From assembly GCA_021827645.1 (NCBI GenBank), contig JAKAVA010000041.1:2076-66075 (forward strand): DNA of 64,000 nucleotides. The letters run 5' to 3'. Of the stretch, positions 29,260 to 39,898 are shown one piece after another. The translations under genes were made by a program, and so were the position numbers. Each line of letters opens with the position of its first letter. Within the stretch, counting starts at the first letter, position 1. Origin of the DNA: Planctomycetota bacterium (GTDB lineage: Bacteria; Planctomycetota; Phycisphaerae; WQYP01). The notes under the pieces were generated by a model. The model had not been told where the DNA came from. It saw only the letters and a list, made by a program, of their open reading frames with translations, and searched no databases.

Positions 29260-30273
29260 CTACGAAGACGCACCGTGCGGCTTCGCGGCTCGCATGACAA
29301 AAATATCCGGCACGCGAATGCCGGTGTCCTTCAAACGTGTGGTGCGGGCGGGCAGGGTATGCCAGCGGGCGGCGGTAAAGCCGGTCTCGACCGCCAGCCG
29401 CTGGAGTTTCTGCGGTTGGAATCCCATCCACCGGTGCCCCATTTTTTCGCGGAAATAGTCGATCTGATGCGGCAGCAGATCAATAATGATCATGACACCG
29501 CCGGGTATAAGGATACGATGCATCTCCGCCAGTGCCCGCGTCGTATCCGCCACATGATGCAGCACCAGACACGCCAGCGCCATGTGCACACTCGCCTCGG
29601 GCAGGGGAATCTCCTCCACCGCACCGGCTACTATTTCCACATTATCCCGTCCGCTGCCGACCAGTCGCTGCCGCGCCGCCTTGAGCATGGCCGGTGATGG
29701 CTCGACCGCATAGACGCGGCTTACATGCGGGGCCAGATTGATCGACAGCGACGCCGTTCCCGCCCCGATATCGGCAATCGCCCAACCCGGGTCCAGGGCC
29801 GCAAGCATTGCTTCATACTGAAACGTATCCCCAAACCAGCGTTCGCGGATCGAATCCCATTCCGGTGCAGTTTCGGCGAAGGCGTCTTCCTGCCGCTGCT
29901 CCAGTATTCGGCTCAGACGGGATAAATCGGCCCGCAGTTCATCATCGCCATGCAGAACCTTCCGCGATACGCTGCGCAATTCCTTCAAGCCGGCGATGTC
30001 TCGGCTGACGTGCGGGCGGTAAAGAATCGCGGTTCCCTGGCGGCGGGCTTCGATCAGGTCCGCTTCCAGCAGGGTCTTGAGATGGCGCGAGATGGTGGAT
30101 TGGGGCATTTTCAAGGCATCGGCCAGTTCACCCACCCGCAGGGCCGGCCGCCCCGCGGAATCCATCAACTGCAGGATACGCATGCGCACCGGATCTGCCA
30201 GTGAGCGCAGGACACGCACCCATTGCTCGACCGAATTGGATTTGTCCGAAGCCGGCATTTTTTTTCGTCCCAT
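29260..30273 (-). CDS. sahR: SahR-like regulator: ArsR-family wHTH fused to a SAM-dependent methyltransferase-like sensing domain
   Basis: The N-terminus LADPVRMRILQLMDSAGRPALRVGELADALKMPQSTISRHLKTL is an ArsR HTH. The C-terminus has a class-I MTase fold (IADIGAGTA…VYAVEPSPAML). It sits directly upstream of ahcY and divergent from the metH operon. Confidence 0.7.
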   Translation of the reverse strand: MGRKKMPASDKSNSVEQWVRVLRSLADPVRMRILQLMDSAGRPALRVGELADALKMPQSTISRHLKTLLEADLIEARRQGTAILYRPHVSRDIAGLKELRSVSRKVLHGDDELRADLSRLSRILEQRQEDAFAETAPEWDSIRERWFGDTFQYEAMLAALDPGWAIADIGAGTASLSINLAPHVSRVYAVEPSPAMLKAARQRLVGSGRDNVEIVAGAVEEIPLPEASVHMALACLVLHHVADTTRALAEMHRILIPGGVMIIIDLLPHQIDYFREKMGHRWMGFQPQKLQRLAVETGFTAARWHTLPARTTRLKDTGIRVPDIFVMRAAKPHGASS

Positions 30274-30530
30274 TTGAACAATCCGTCCATCCGGATAGAA
30301 TGATAGTCGGTTGGCGGACGGGACGCAAGCGGCCGACTGAAACGCTCCGCCCTACGGATAGGGGGCCGTGCCTCACTCCGTTCAGGATGGCTGTCAGGCA
30401 GGCGGTGGTTAAAGGCGTGGATGAGGATAATTGGAGCGCATGCGTTTACACTGTATGCCATGGAAATCGGCGTGCCGATGCGTGTGAAAAAGAAAACCTC
30501 AGGCTGCGTTATGGAAGCAGGTTATCAATC

Positions 30531-31604
30531 ATGGCTTATCCGTTGAAATTTGAACCGATACTCCAACCCCGGATCTGGGGGGGCGACCGGTTGAAAAAAG
30601 TTTTGGGTAAACCCGTTCCCGCCAAATCCCCGTCCACCCGATGGGGCGAATCGTGGGAACTGGCGGATCTGCCCCCCGGTTCTGTAAAAGCCGATTCTAT
30701 CGGTGCCGACGCATCCGGTGCACTGAGCAGTGTAGTCGCTGCCGGGCCATGGGCCGGACGCCAATTGCGGGAAATTCTGCAGCAGGAAGGGGATGCGTAT
30801 TTGCCGGGGCGGGTGGGGGGGTATTATCCCCTGCTGATAAAATATTTAGATGCACGGGAGGATCTCTCGGTGCAGGTTCATCCGACGGCCGAGTACACAC
30901 GCGCCCATCCCGGCACCCATCTTAAGACCGAAGCATGGTACGTTTTGGATGCGGCGCCCGGATCCCGCATTTACAAGGGGCTTGTTCCCGGCGTGACGCG
31001 GCCGCAATTTCAGAAAGCCATTGAATCCGGACGGGCGGCCGAAATTTTGCAGAGCGTTCCGGCCCGAGTGGGAGACTGCCATTTTCTTCCGTCGGGAATG
31101 GTGCATGCACTGGGCGCGGGTGTATTGGTGGCGGAGGTGCAGACACCAAGCGATACCACCTTTCGGATCTTTGATTGGAATCGGCTGGGCCCCGACGGAA
31201 AGCCGCGCACGCTTCATATTCAGGAAGCGCTCGATGTCATTGATTTTGACCGGCCGCAGGTGGTCCAATCCGCCGCAGTCCGTACCCGGCAGCTTGAAGA
31301 TGTGATGATTCGAGAACTGGCCACCTGCGACTATTTCACGCTTTCACGCCTTGATTTTTCGGAAGGTTCGGTACACCTCACCTCGGAGATATTGGATAAT
31401 CAATCGCAGGTGTGGATCATGCTCTCCGGACAGGCGGTATTGGACTGGCCCGGACATGGTGGCACGGCGCTGGCGCCCGGCGACACCGTTTTGCTGCCGT
31501 CGCAACCCGTGCAAGAGCGGCCGTGCTACATGCGTGTGGTAAGTCCTTGTGCGGTTCTTGCAGCCCGATTACCGGCACGGCCGACCCGAAGCGAGGCGAA
31601 ATAA
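30531..31604 (+). CDS. manA: Mannose-6-phosphate isomerase, class I
   Basis: It begins with the usual PMI N-terminus MAYPLKFEPILQPRIWGG, and the PMI type-I Zn-binding region YPLLIKYLDAREDLSVQVHP is present. The ATG lies at 30531 within the longer ORF 30201..31604. Confidence 0.8.
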   Translation: MAYPLKFEPILQPRIWGGDRLKKVLGKPVPAKSPSTRWGESWELADLPPGSVKADSIGADASGALSSVVAAGPWAGRQLREILQQEGDAYLPGRVGGYYPLLIKYLDAREDLSVQVHPTAEYTRAHPGTHLKTEAWYVLDAAPGSRIYKGLVPGVTRPQFQKAIESGRAAEILQSVPARVGDCHFLPSGMVHALGAGVLVAEVQTPSDTTFRIFDWNRLGPDGKPRTLHIQEALDVIDFDRPQVVQSAAVRTRQLEDVMIRELATCDYFTLSRLDFSEGSVHLTSEILDNQSQVWIMLSGQAVLDWPGHGGTALAPGDTVLLPSQPVQERPCYMRVVSPCAVLAARLPARPTRSEAK

Positions 31605-31607
31605 TCG

Positions 31608-32555
31608 ATGCAGGTACGTTTACAAAAATTCATGGCGGATTGTGGCGTGGCGTCGCGCCGCCATTGCGAAGAGATGATCCGCAGTGGGCAGGTTCGCGTC
31701 AACGGCGATTTGCGCCGTGAATTACCCGTCATGATCGACCCGGCTCGTGATCAGGTGACCGTCGGCGATACCCTCCTGGAGCCGATCCAACCGGAAAAGC
31801 CCGTGCATGTGCTGCTCTATAAGCCGCGAGGCATCCTCGTCACGCGACAGGATCAGTCCGGCCGAAAAACGGTTTTTGACCTCGTCAAACCAATTTCTCA
31901 GCGCCTCTTTCCAGTGGGGCGGCTGGATATGGACTCCCGCGGCCTGCTGCTGCTGACCAATGACGGCGAACTGGCCAACCGCCTGACACATCCGAGTTAC
32001 GGCGTGGAGAAACTTTACGTCGTCACCGTCGACGGAAAAATGAGCCCGGGAGCCTTGGAAAAGATTCGCAAGGGGGCGTGGCTGGGACCGGCCGGGCGCG
32101 GGCAGGCCGTGCGCACCGAGGGACTTAAAATTAAATTAATCAGCAGTGATCGGCAATTGACCACACTTGAAGTCCGACTCGCGGAGGGGCGGAACCGCGA
32201 GATTCGCCGCGTGCTGGCCCGGGCCGGGTACCGGGTACGTGATCTCTGCCGCGTCGCCATTGCGGAAAAGCTCACCATCAAAGGACTTTCTCCTGGCGAA
32301 TACCGCCTGTTGACGGATGCGGAAGTCGCATGGCTGCGACACGCCAGTTCCCGCGAATATCAGCAACTCAAGCGCGATGCCACTCAGCAGTGGTTTGAAC
32401 GCAAGGAGATGGAAAAAGAGCGTAAGCGACTTCGCCATACGGCATCGGCGGCAAAAGCGGCGCCCAAAGCTGCGCCCAAAGCTGCGCCCCGCAGCCGAGC
32501 TCAGGCCACGAAACGGCCTGCCGGCAGGCAGCGGCGCGAGGATCGGCGGCGATGA
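31608..32555 (+). CDS. RluB/RsuA-family pseudouridine synthase with a basic low-complexity tail
   Basis: It has an S4 domain (LQKFMADCGVASRRHCEEMIRSGQVRVNG) and a catalytic …GRLDMDSRGLLLLTNDGELANRL… motif. The tail is AAKAAPKAAPKAAPRSRA, encoded by a 12-bp tandem repeat. Confidence 0.8.
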   Translation: MQVRLQKFMADCGVASRRHCEEMIRSGQVRVNGDLRRELPVMIDPARDQVTVGDTLLEPIQPEKPVHVLLYKPRGILVTRQDQSGRKTVFDLVKPISQRLFPVGRLDMDSRGLLLLTNDGELANRLTHPSYGVEKLYVVTVDGKMSPGALEKIRKGAWLGPAGRGQAVRTEGLKIKLISSDRQLTTLEVRLAEGRNREIRRVLARAGYRVRDLCRVAIAEKLTIKGLSPGEYRLLTDAEVAWLRHASSREYQQLKRDATQQWFERKEMEKERKRLRHTASAAKAAPKAAPKAAPRSRAQATKRPAGRQRREDRRR

Positions 32556-35500
32556 TGATCGCATCTTCAACCCAGATTGCAGATATCAGTCTCTCTGAGA
32601 AAGCGTCACCGGGCCGCACGCCGTCTGCGTCTCCCGCGTTTCTCGATTTCCTCCGCGACAACGTCATGCTTTTTGATGGCGGTTTGGGAACGCAGATCTT
32701 CGAGGCGGATCTGCCGCTGGCGGATTTCTGGAATCTTGAAAACTGCCCCGAAGTGCTGGTGCTCAGTCGGCCCGATGTGATTGAACGCATCCACGCATCC
32801 TATTTTGCCGCCGGCAGCCATACCGTCGAGACCGACACGTTCGGCGGCAGTAAAATTGTATTGGCGGAATTCGATCTGCAGGATCGCTGCCGCGAGATCA
32901 ATCGCACCGCGGCTCAGATTGCCCGGCGGGCTGCGGAAAACGCCCGTACACCCGGGCATCCCCGTTTTGTCGCCGGATCGATCGGGCCGGGTACCAAGTC
33001 GATCACGCTGGGCAACACCACATTCGATCTCATGCACGATTCCTACCGCGAGCAGATTCTCGGCCTGCTTGAAGGGGGGGTGGATGTCATCCTGATCGAA
33101 ACCTGCTTCGATCTGCTGCAGGCTAAAACCGCCGTCATCGCGGCCGTTGACGCCATGCACGAGGCGAAGATTCACGTACCGATCATGGTGCAGGTTACCA
33201 TGGAAACGGTCGGTACCATGCTTTTGGGTACCGAGATGCCGGCGGTCATCACCACGCTTGAAGCTCTGCCGGTGGATGTGATCGGCATGAACTGCGCCAC
33301 CGGGCCGGAACTGATGCGCCAGCACGTCGAGGTGCTCAGCCGCGATTGCACCCGCTACATCTCTGTTCAACCTAACGCCGGCCTTCCCGTGCAGCATGAA
33401 GGGAGAACGCATTTTCCGCTCGGGCCCGCCGAATTGGCCAAAGCCCATGTCGAATTTATCCGCGACCTCGGCGTCAATATCGTCGGCGGCTGCTGCGGCA
33501 CCACGCCCGCCCATATTAAAGCCACGGCTGATGCGATTCGCGATCTTAAACCGATCAGACGCGAAGCTTTCGGGCGGAAACCCGATGCGACCCACTGCGG
33601 AGTTTCATCGCTTTACTCCTCCGTTGATGCCCGACAGGATAATTCCATTCTGATCATCGGTGAGCGCACCAACACCAACGGCAGTAAAAAATTCAAGGAA
33701 GCGCTGCTGGCCCAGGATTGGGATACGCTCGTTGCGATGGGGCGTGAGCAGGTGAAGGAATCGTCCCATGTCATTGATGTGTGCGTCGATTATGTCGGGC
33801 GCGACGGCGTGCCGGATATGCGTGGCGTGGTGCAGCGATTCGCCAAGGAAGTCACCGCTCCGCTGATGATTGATTCCACGCAGTTGGATGTGGTTGAAGC
33901 GGGTCTGCAGGCGGCGCCGGGAAAGTGCATTGTCAATTCCATCAATCTGGAGGACGGTGAGGAAAAACTCGCCAAAATGGCCGCCCTGCTGAAACGTTAT
34001 GGCGCCGCCGTCGTCGCCGGAACCATCGATGAGGATAAAACCGAAGCGATGGCCAAAACCGCGGATCGCAAACTGCAGATCGCCGAGCGACTTTATGACC
34101 TTCTGGTGAACAAATACAGCATTCCGGAAACGGATATTTACTTTGATCCCCTGATCTTCCCCATCGTAACGGGGCAGGACGAGGTGCGGCGGCTGGCCAT
34201 TGAAACTATTGACGGCATACGGGCCATATCCGCTCGATTTCCGAACTGCCATACCACGCTGGGGCTCTCCAATGTCTCTTTCGGTCTCAAGCCCTACGCC
34301 CGACTGGTGATCAACAGTGCGTTTTTCAATGAATGTGTCCGCGCCGGGCTCACCTCGGCGATTGTTCATTCCAGCAAAATCCTGCCGGAAAACCGCATCG
34401 ATCCCGAGCATTACCGCTGGGCGCTCGATCTCATCTACGACCGTCGCACTGACGATTACAACCCCCTTGGCCTCCTGAGCACCCTCGGCACGCCGAAAAA
34501 GGATGCTGCCGCTGAGGAAAATCTGCCGCTGGAGGAAAAACTGCAGCGGCATATCATCGATGGCGATAAACAACGGCTCCATGAACACCTTCAGGAGGCG
34601 CTGAAACAATATCCGGCGCTGACCATTATTAATGATTATCTGCTCGCGGGTATGAAGACGGTCGGTGAACTCTTCGGATCGGGCAAAATGCAGTTGCCCT
34701 TCGTCCTTCAGAGCGCTGAAGTGATGAAAGCCGCCGTCGCCTTCCTCCAGCCTTTCATGCCCAAATCTGAAGGGTCAACCCGCGGTACCTTGGTGCTGGC
34801 AACCGTTCGCGGCGATGTGCATGATATCGGCAAGAATCTGGTGGATATCATTCTCTCCAACAACGGCTTCAAGGTTTATAACCTCGGCATCAAACAGCCC
34901 ATCACCAATGTCATTGAGGCCGCACGGAAATACAACGCCGACGCCATCGGACTTTCCGGCCTGCTGGTAAAGTCCACGATGGTGATGAAGGATGATCTCA
35001 TTGAACTCAACCGTCTCGGTATTAAAACCCCCGTCATCCTCGGTGGGGCGGCGTTAACGCGGTCTTTTGTGGAATCCGACCTCCGCCGAATCTATTCCGG
35101 TCCCCTCTTTTACGGCAAAGATGCGTTCGAGGGATTGCGGATCATGGATCATCTCGGCACCGGCCGACTGCTGGAAATATTGCTGGCCACCGGTGAAGAT
35201 TCAGAGACGGCCCAGCTTCGCGCTTCCGGCCAGATGGCGGCTCCGGCGGCTCCATCCCCTGCACCGGCGGCATCGGCGGTGGTCATGGCCGGGCCGGTGG
35301 GCATTCGTTCCGATGCGCCCATTCCCGAGGCCCCATTCTGGGGTATGCGCGTTGTGAGCGAAATACCCGTCGAGTCCATCTTTCCCTACATCGACGAAGT
35401 GGCTCTGTTCCGCGGGCAGTGGCAGTTCAAGAGCGGCACGATGCCGCGCGATGAATTCCGCCGCTGGACGCAGGAGCATGTCCAGCCCATTTTCCGCCGC

Positions 35501-36115
35501 ATCAAACAGAAATCCGTCGAACTCAAGCTCTTCGAGCCGCAGGTGGTTTACGGCTATTTTCACGCCCAGTCCGAAGGAAATGATCTGATCGTCTACCGTG
35601 ATGATGGCCGCACCGAGTGGCTCCGCTTCCACTTCCCGCGTCAGACCAACCGAAAATTCTGGTGTCTGAGCGATTTTATTGCGCCGAAAAGCAGCGGGAG
35701 AATGGATGTTCTTCCGGCCATGTGCGTTACCGCCGGCCACATCATCACCCCTTTTGAAAAACAGCTTTTCGAAAAGGGGGATTTTACTGAATACCTCTAT
35801 TTCCACGGCATGGGTGTGCAGATTGCCGAGGCACTCGCGGAGATGTGGCATAAGCGTATCCGTCAGGAACTGCGCATTGCCGATCAGGATGGCCCGACCA
35901 TGCGGGATTTATTTGCGTGTCATTATCGCGGCTGCCGGTACAGTTTCGGCTATCCGGCCTGCCCGGATTTGCAGGATCAGGAAAAATTATTTGCTCTGCT
36001 GGATCCCGCCCGTATCGGGTGCACGCTTTCGGAAAATTGGATGATCCAGCCGGAACAGTCCACCTCCGCACTCGTGATGCACCATCCCGACGCCCGTTAC
36101 TTTAACGTTGATTGA
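32552..36115 (+). CDS. metH: Cobalamin-dependent methionine synthase
   Basis: It has Hcy-binding, pterin-binding, B12-binding (…GDVHDIGKNLV…) and AdoMet-activation domains. The gene overlaps the rluB stop by 4 nt. The true start may be an internal Met. Confidence 0.9.
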   Translation: MMIASSTQIADISLSEKASPGRTPSASPAFLDFLRDNVMLFDGGLGTQIFEADLPLADFWNLENCPEVLVLSRPDVIERIHASYFAAGSHTVETDTFGGSKIVLAEFDLQDRCREINRTAAQIARRAAENARTPGHPRFVAGSIGPGTKSITLGNTTFDLMHDSYREQILGLLEGGVDVILIETCFDLLQAKTAVIAAVDAMHEAKIHVPIMVQVTMETVGTMLLGTEMPAVITTLEALPVDVIGMNCATGPELMRQHVEVLSRDCTRYISVQPNAGLPVQHEGRTHFPLGPAELAKAHVEFIRDLGVNIVGGCCGTTPAHIKATADAIRDLKPIRREAFGRKPDATHCGVSSLYSSVDARQDNSILIIGERTNTNGSKKFKEALLAQDWDTLVAMGREQVKESSHVIDVCVDYVGRDGVPDMRGVVQRFAKEVTAPLMIDSTQLDVVEAGLQAAPGKCIVNSINLEDGEEKLAKMAALLKRYGAAVVAGTIDEDKTEAMAKTADRKLQIAERLYDLLVNKYSIPETDIYFDPLIFPIVTGQDEVRRLAIETIDGIRAISARFPNCHTTLGLSNVSFGLKPYARLVINSAFFNECVRAGLTSAIVHSSKILPENRIDPEHYRWALDLIYDRRTDDYNPLGLLSTLGTPKKDAAAEENLPLEEKLQRHIIDGDKQRLHEHLQEALKQYPALTIINDYLLAGMKTVGELFGSGKMQLPFVLQSAEVMKAAVAFLQPFMPKSEGSTRGTLVLATVRGDVHDIGKNLVDIILSNNGFKVYNLGIKQPITNVIEAARKYNADAIGLSGLLVKSTMVMKDDLIELNRLGIKTPVILGGAALTRSFVESDLRRIYSGPLFYGKDAFEGLRIMDHLGTGRLLEILLATGEDSETAQLRASGQMAAPAAPSPAPAASAVVMAGPVGIRSDAPIPEAPFWGMRVVSEIPVESIFPYIDEVALFRGQWQFKSGTMPRDEFRRWTQEHVQPIFRRIKQKSVELKLFEPQVVYGYFHAQSEGNDLIVYRDDGRTEWLRFHFPRQTNRKFWCLSDFIAPKSSGRMDVLPAMCVTAGHIITPFEKQLFEKGDFTEYLYFHGMGVQIAEALAEMWHKRIRQELRIADQDGPTMRDLFACHYRGCRYSFGYPACPDLQDQEKLFALLDPARIGCTLSENWMIQPEQSTSALVMHHPDARYFNVD

Positions 36116-36172
36116 TACGTTCACACGACCACTTCGTCGATACGGTTCGCGGGCCGTCAGTCCAATCTGCCA

Positions 36173-39100
36173 TCAAACCGCGATGGCCCGCGGGGTGGAA
36201 CTCTGAGCGGTCGGCAGTCGGATATCACCGCTTAGCATTTTGGCCAGTTCATCGGCGTGCACCGGCTTACTGAAAAAATAACCCTGAATGGAATGACATC
36301 CCAGCAGTTTCAGCAGGGTAATCTGTTCGATCTTTTCCACACCTTCGGCGATGGTTTTAAGCTGCAGATTTTCCGCCAAGTTCACAATCGTATCGACCAC
36401 CGCGAGGTCTTTCGGATCATCGATCATATCGCGGATAAAGGTGCGGTCGATTTTCAGCGTATCGATGGGGAATCGGGTCAGATAGCTGAGGCTTGAATAT
36501 CCGGTACCGAAATCATCGAGTGAAAAATGGATGCCGCAATCCTTGATCTCGATCATTCGCGACCGCAGGGATTCCGTCTGCGCCATCAACGTGCTTTCGG
36601 TGATCTCCAGTTCAAGCATGCCGGGATCCAGCCCTGTATCGCGCAAGGTCCGCCGGACGATTTCAGGCAGGCCCGGTTCGCGGCATTGCAGGGCGGAAAG
36701 GTTCACGGCAACCGGCACAATGGGCACGCCTGCCGTTTGCCAACGACGATTTTGCGCGCACGCCTCGTGAAGAATCCATTCTCCGATCTCAAGGATCAGT
36801 CCCTTTTCCTCCGCCAGCGGGATGAATTTCATCGGCGAAACCAATCCGCGGTCCGGGTGCTGCCAGCGGATCAGAGCTTCGCTTCCGATGATCTTGCCGG
36901 TCTGCAGATTGACCTGTGGCTGGAACTGAAGCACAAACTGATTTTTTCGCAGTGCCTCGCGGAGGTCATTTTCAAGGCGTATATGCTCGATGGCGGCGGC
37001 ATGCATTTCCGGTGTGTGGAAGGCGGCGCGATTTTTCCCTTCCTTCTTTACCTGATAAAGCGCCTCATCCGCCGTACGCAAAAGCACCCCGCAATCCACA
37101 CCGTCGCGCGGGTAGATGCTCATGCCGATGCTGCACGAAATATGGAACGTATGCCCCGAGATGACAAAAGGAACCGACATGGACTGTATGATTTTTTGCG
37201 CCACGAGATTCACATCCCCCGGCGATCGCGGTTCTTTAATCAGCACAATAAATTCGTCGCCCCCAAGCCGGGCTACCGTGTCTTCCGATCGCAGGGCACT
37301 GCGAATCCGCATGGCGGCTCCCTGCAGCAGTTCGTCACCAAAATCATGGCCAAGCGTATCATTCACGCTCTTGAAATTATCCAGATCAATAAACACCACA
37401 CCCGCCATGGTGTTACGCCGATGCGCCTCTCGGATCGCCTGTTCGAGCCGATCGATGAGCAAGGTCCGGTTTGGCAGCCCGGTAAGCGAATCGTGGTAGG
37501 CGAGATAATGGATGCGTTCTTCTGCGGCTTTTCTTTCGCTGATATCGCGGAATATGCTCAGAACCATGTACTTGCCCTGCATCTCAACCCGGCTCTCCAC
37601 GGCTTCGACCGGGAATGACCGCAGGTCTTTACGCGTGATGGTTGTCGTAGAATCAACGGTTTCACCGGTATTGATGATGCGGTTATAACGGTTGGTGGTG
37701 TCGCCTTGCACATCAGGCGGAAAGAGTTGCTGCCCTCGCAGCGTGAGCATTTCTTCGCGTGTGTAACCAAGCAGTTCCAGTGCCCGTCGGTTGACTTCAA
37801 GGATGCGCCCGTCGCTTTGCATCAGGATGATGGCGTCGCCCGCTGCTTCCATGACGAGATGGTAGCGGGCTTCCGAATCGCGCAGGGCCTGTTCCGCCGC
37901 CCGACGCAGTGATTCGCGATCGGCGTCTTCAATGGCAAAGGTCAGGCTGGTGGCAATTTCCGAAAGCACTTCAACCACGCGGGGAGAAAACCCGTCCGGG
38001 CGGCTGGAATAAACCGCGAGTACTCCGAAGTTGTGCCCCTTGCGCAGCAGGGGAAACGCCGCTGCCGACCGCAGATGGAATTTATCAAGCGCAAAGGCCC
38101 AGGGGGTATCAAAACCCATCGTCTTAAAATCATGAATAACCGATGCACTCTGGCTGGTAAGGGAGGCATCGATCGGTTGAAGACCCGCCGGAAGCGTCTT
38201 CTGCTGCGAATGGGAGATGGCCAGAAGATATTCAGCGGCCGAGCCTGCCCAGTGGCTCAGCCGACATTGCCGCGATCGAGCCGCGGAGATCGCGACAAAC
38301 GCCAGTTCGAAATGCGTCGACTTGGTGATAATCCTGCAAACCTCATCGAATAACTGATCCTGTGAGCAGCGATGGGCAACGAGCTGATTAATCTGACTCA
38401 GCGTGGCATACAGATCATTGAGCTGTTGAAGATCGCGTTCCGCAAGCGACTTTTTCTGCAGCGCACCGGTCAGCGATCGGTAAGTCGTGTAAAAGATAAT
38501 GCCCACGACGGCGATCAGGCAGAGCACCAGCCCGATGTTAAGCAGCAACGTCAGCCGCAGACGCGCGAGACGCACATATAAATCCGACCGCATGTTCCTG
38601 ACCGAAAGCGCAAAAACCTGCTCGATGTCCTGATTGATGGCTCCCGCCCGCTGGTTCAGGATGAGAAGCGACTTTGGATCAGCCGGCGCCACGGCTCTCG
38701 CCGCATGCAGCAATTGATTGCCGTCAACGCCCAGTTGATTGACCGCCTTCAGAAGAGCCATTCCGTCAGGCGATCTTGGATGATGTCGCCCCTTGAGGTT
38801 TCGTATGATCGAGCTGATATCACGCCAGTCAATCATCTGCGCTGTCTCAATGGCGGAATCTCGCCATTGCGGACTCACGGACGCGTGCGAACGCTCGGTA
38901 ATAATCGCACGCCGAATTAAGTTGGTTTGCTCGACTAAATCCATCAGATTATTCGACAGCGCCCGAATATCGTGTTGGATGGTCGGATTACGATCTGCCT
39001 GAAATTTGACCTCGGTCGTCGCTTGGCTGTAAATACTCCATAGCGCCATGATGGCATTCGTCTCGATCTCGTCCGTCTCTCTTCGTTGCCCATCTTGTGG

Positions 39101-39568
39101 ATTTGTGGGAACCAAGCGGATCTGTCTTGCGATGTTCTTCCACCGGTATTCCAGACCCATCCGCTGAGCCAAAACGCGATTCGCACTGACAAATCTTGCC
39201 AGCGAGATCCGCATGTTGTGCCAGGCATGGCGTACAGTTCCCTCCTTCAGGGTATCGCCGACCGAACGCTCCTGCCAGGCATTCTGATGATTTTCAATAG
39301 AAGTAATCAGCGGAAGAATGGAACTTACATATCGAGACCAGGTAATCTCACCTTTCAATATCCCCATTTTGTCCGATTCATTGCGATAAACTTGAAACAG
39401 GGGCACCGCGATCGCCACCACAAGCCCTAAGGCGACGAGCGTAAAGCGTGTCGGCAAGTTGATCCGCTTGATCATGCTGGTGATCGGATCAGCCATCAAT
39501 GTATGTCCAAAATAACCATCAGCTAAGTTATCGGCGAATTTGCCGTGCGAAGTCGATTCCGATTTCAT
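36173..39568 (-). CDS. Multidomain c-di-GMP signalling protein: periplasmic sensor, TM, GAF, PAS, GGDEF, EAL
   Basis: Two TM segments flank a roughly 300-aa periplasmic region. The GGDEF motif (RLGGDEFIVL) and the EAL motif (EALIRW…, DDFGTGYSSLSYL) are both intact. Confidence 0.85.
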   Translation of the reverse strand: MKSESTSHGKFADNLADGYFGHTLMADPITSMIKRINLPTRFTLVALGLVVAIAVPLFQVYRNESDKMGILKGEITWSRYVSSILPLITSIENHQNAWQERSVGDTLKEGTVRHAWHNMRISLARFVSANRVLAQRMGLEYRWKNIARQIRLVPTNPQDGQRRETDEIETNAIMALWSIYSQATTEVKFQADRNPTIQHDIRALSNNLMDLVEQTNLIRRAIITERSHASVSPQWRDSAIETAQMIDWRDISSIIRNLKGRHHPRSPDGMALLKAVNQLGVDGNQLLHAARAVAPADPKSLLILNQRAGAINQDIEQVFALSVRNMRSDLYVRLARLRLTLLLNIGLVLCLIAVVGIIFYTTYRSLTGALQKKSLAERDLQQLNDLYATLSQINQLVAHRCSQDQLFDEVCRIITKSTHFELAFVAISAARSRQCRLSHWAGSAAEYLLAISHSQQKTLPAGLQPIDASLTSQSASVIHDFKTMGFDTPWAFALDKFHLRSAAAFPLLRKGHNFGVLAVYSSRPDGFSPRVVEVLSEIATSLTFAIEDADRESLRRAAEQALRDSEARYHLVMEAAGDAIILMQSDGRILEVNRRALELLGYTREEMLTLRGQQLFPPDVQGDTTNRYNRIINTGETVDSTTTITRKDLRSFPVEAVESRVEMQGKYMVLSIFRDISERKAAEERIHYLAYHDSLTGLPNRTLLIDRLEQAIREAHRRNTMAGVVFIDLDNFKSVNDTLGHDFGDELLQGAAMRIRSALRSEDTVARLGGDEFIVLIKEPRSPGDVNLVAQKIIQSMSVPFVISGHTFHISCSIGMSIYPRDGVDCGVLLRTADEALYQVKKEGKNRAAFHTPEMHAAAIEHIRLENDLREALRKNQFVLQFQPQVNLQTGKIIGSEALIRWQHPDRGLVSPMKFIPLAEEKGLILEIGEWILHEACAQNRRWQTAGVPIVPVAVNLSALQCREPGLPEIVRRTLRDTGLDPGMLELEITESTLMAQTESLRSRMIEIKDCGIHFSLDDFGTGYSSLSYLTRFPIDTLKIDRTFIRDMIDDPKDLAVVDTIVNLAENLQLKTIAEGVEKIEQITLLKLLGCHSIQGYFFSKPVHADELAKMLSGDIRLPTAQSSTPRAIAV

Positions 39569-39898
39569 CTCACCCTCTGCATGCCGATACGGGCCAAAAA
39601 TTTCGAGCCACCATACTCTTTTTCGCGTAAATAGCTATAACGGAATTCTCGCTTAAATTCCAGTCAACGCCCGATAACGCCGCCACCCATGGATCGCGAC
39701 CGATTCGCCTGCTCCCTTCTATCTTGCCTAACATATTTGTTGGTTCCATGGGCGGATGATTCCGTTGACGTGGAAATTAGCCCGTATCATGGCTTGCGGC
39801 GGTTCGGGAATCGTTGGTATTGCCTTGGTGAAAGTTTACATCTATACTAAAGCGAAATTAGTTGCGATTGCGCAATTATTCTTCTTAAGGGTACTTTA

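Noticed and set aside
30274-30530. The second inverted repeat ccctaCGGAtaggg in the sahR/manA intergenic region as an operator
   Set aside because: It has only 5-bp arms with a non-palindromic centre. That is too weak on its own, so it is mentioned only together with the stronger tccatCCGGataga site.
32606-34609. Two long minus-strand ORFs of 329 and 334 aa inside metH
   Set aside because: They are antisense to a highly conserved gene and their composition is Arg/Gly-rich. These are GC-driven open frames.
36116-36172. A hairpin between convergent metH and the GGDEF-EAL gene as a bidirectional terminator
   Set aside because: It has an 8-bp GC stem but a 28-nt loop and no U-tract. That is not convincing enough to list as a feature.
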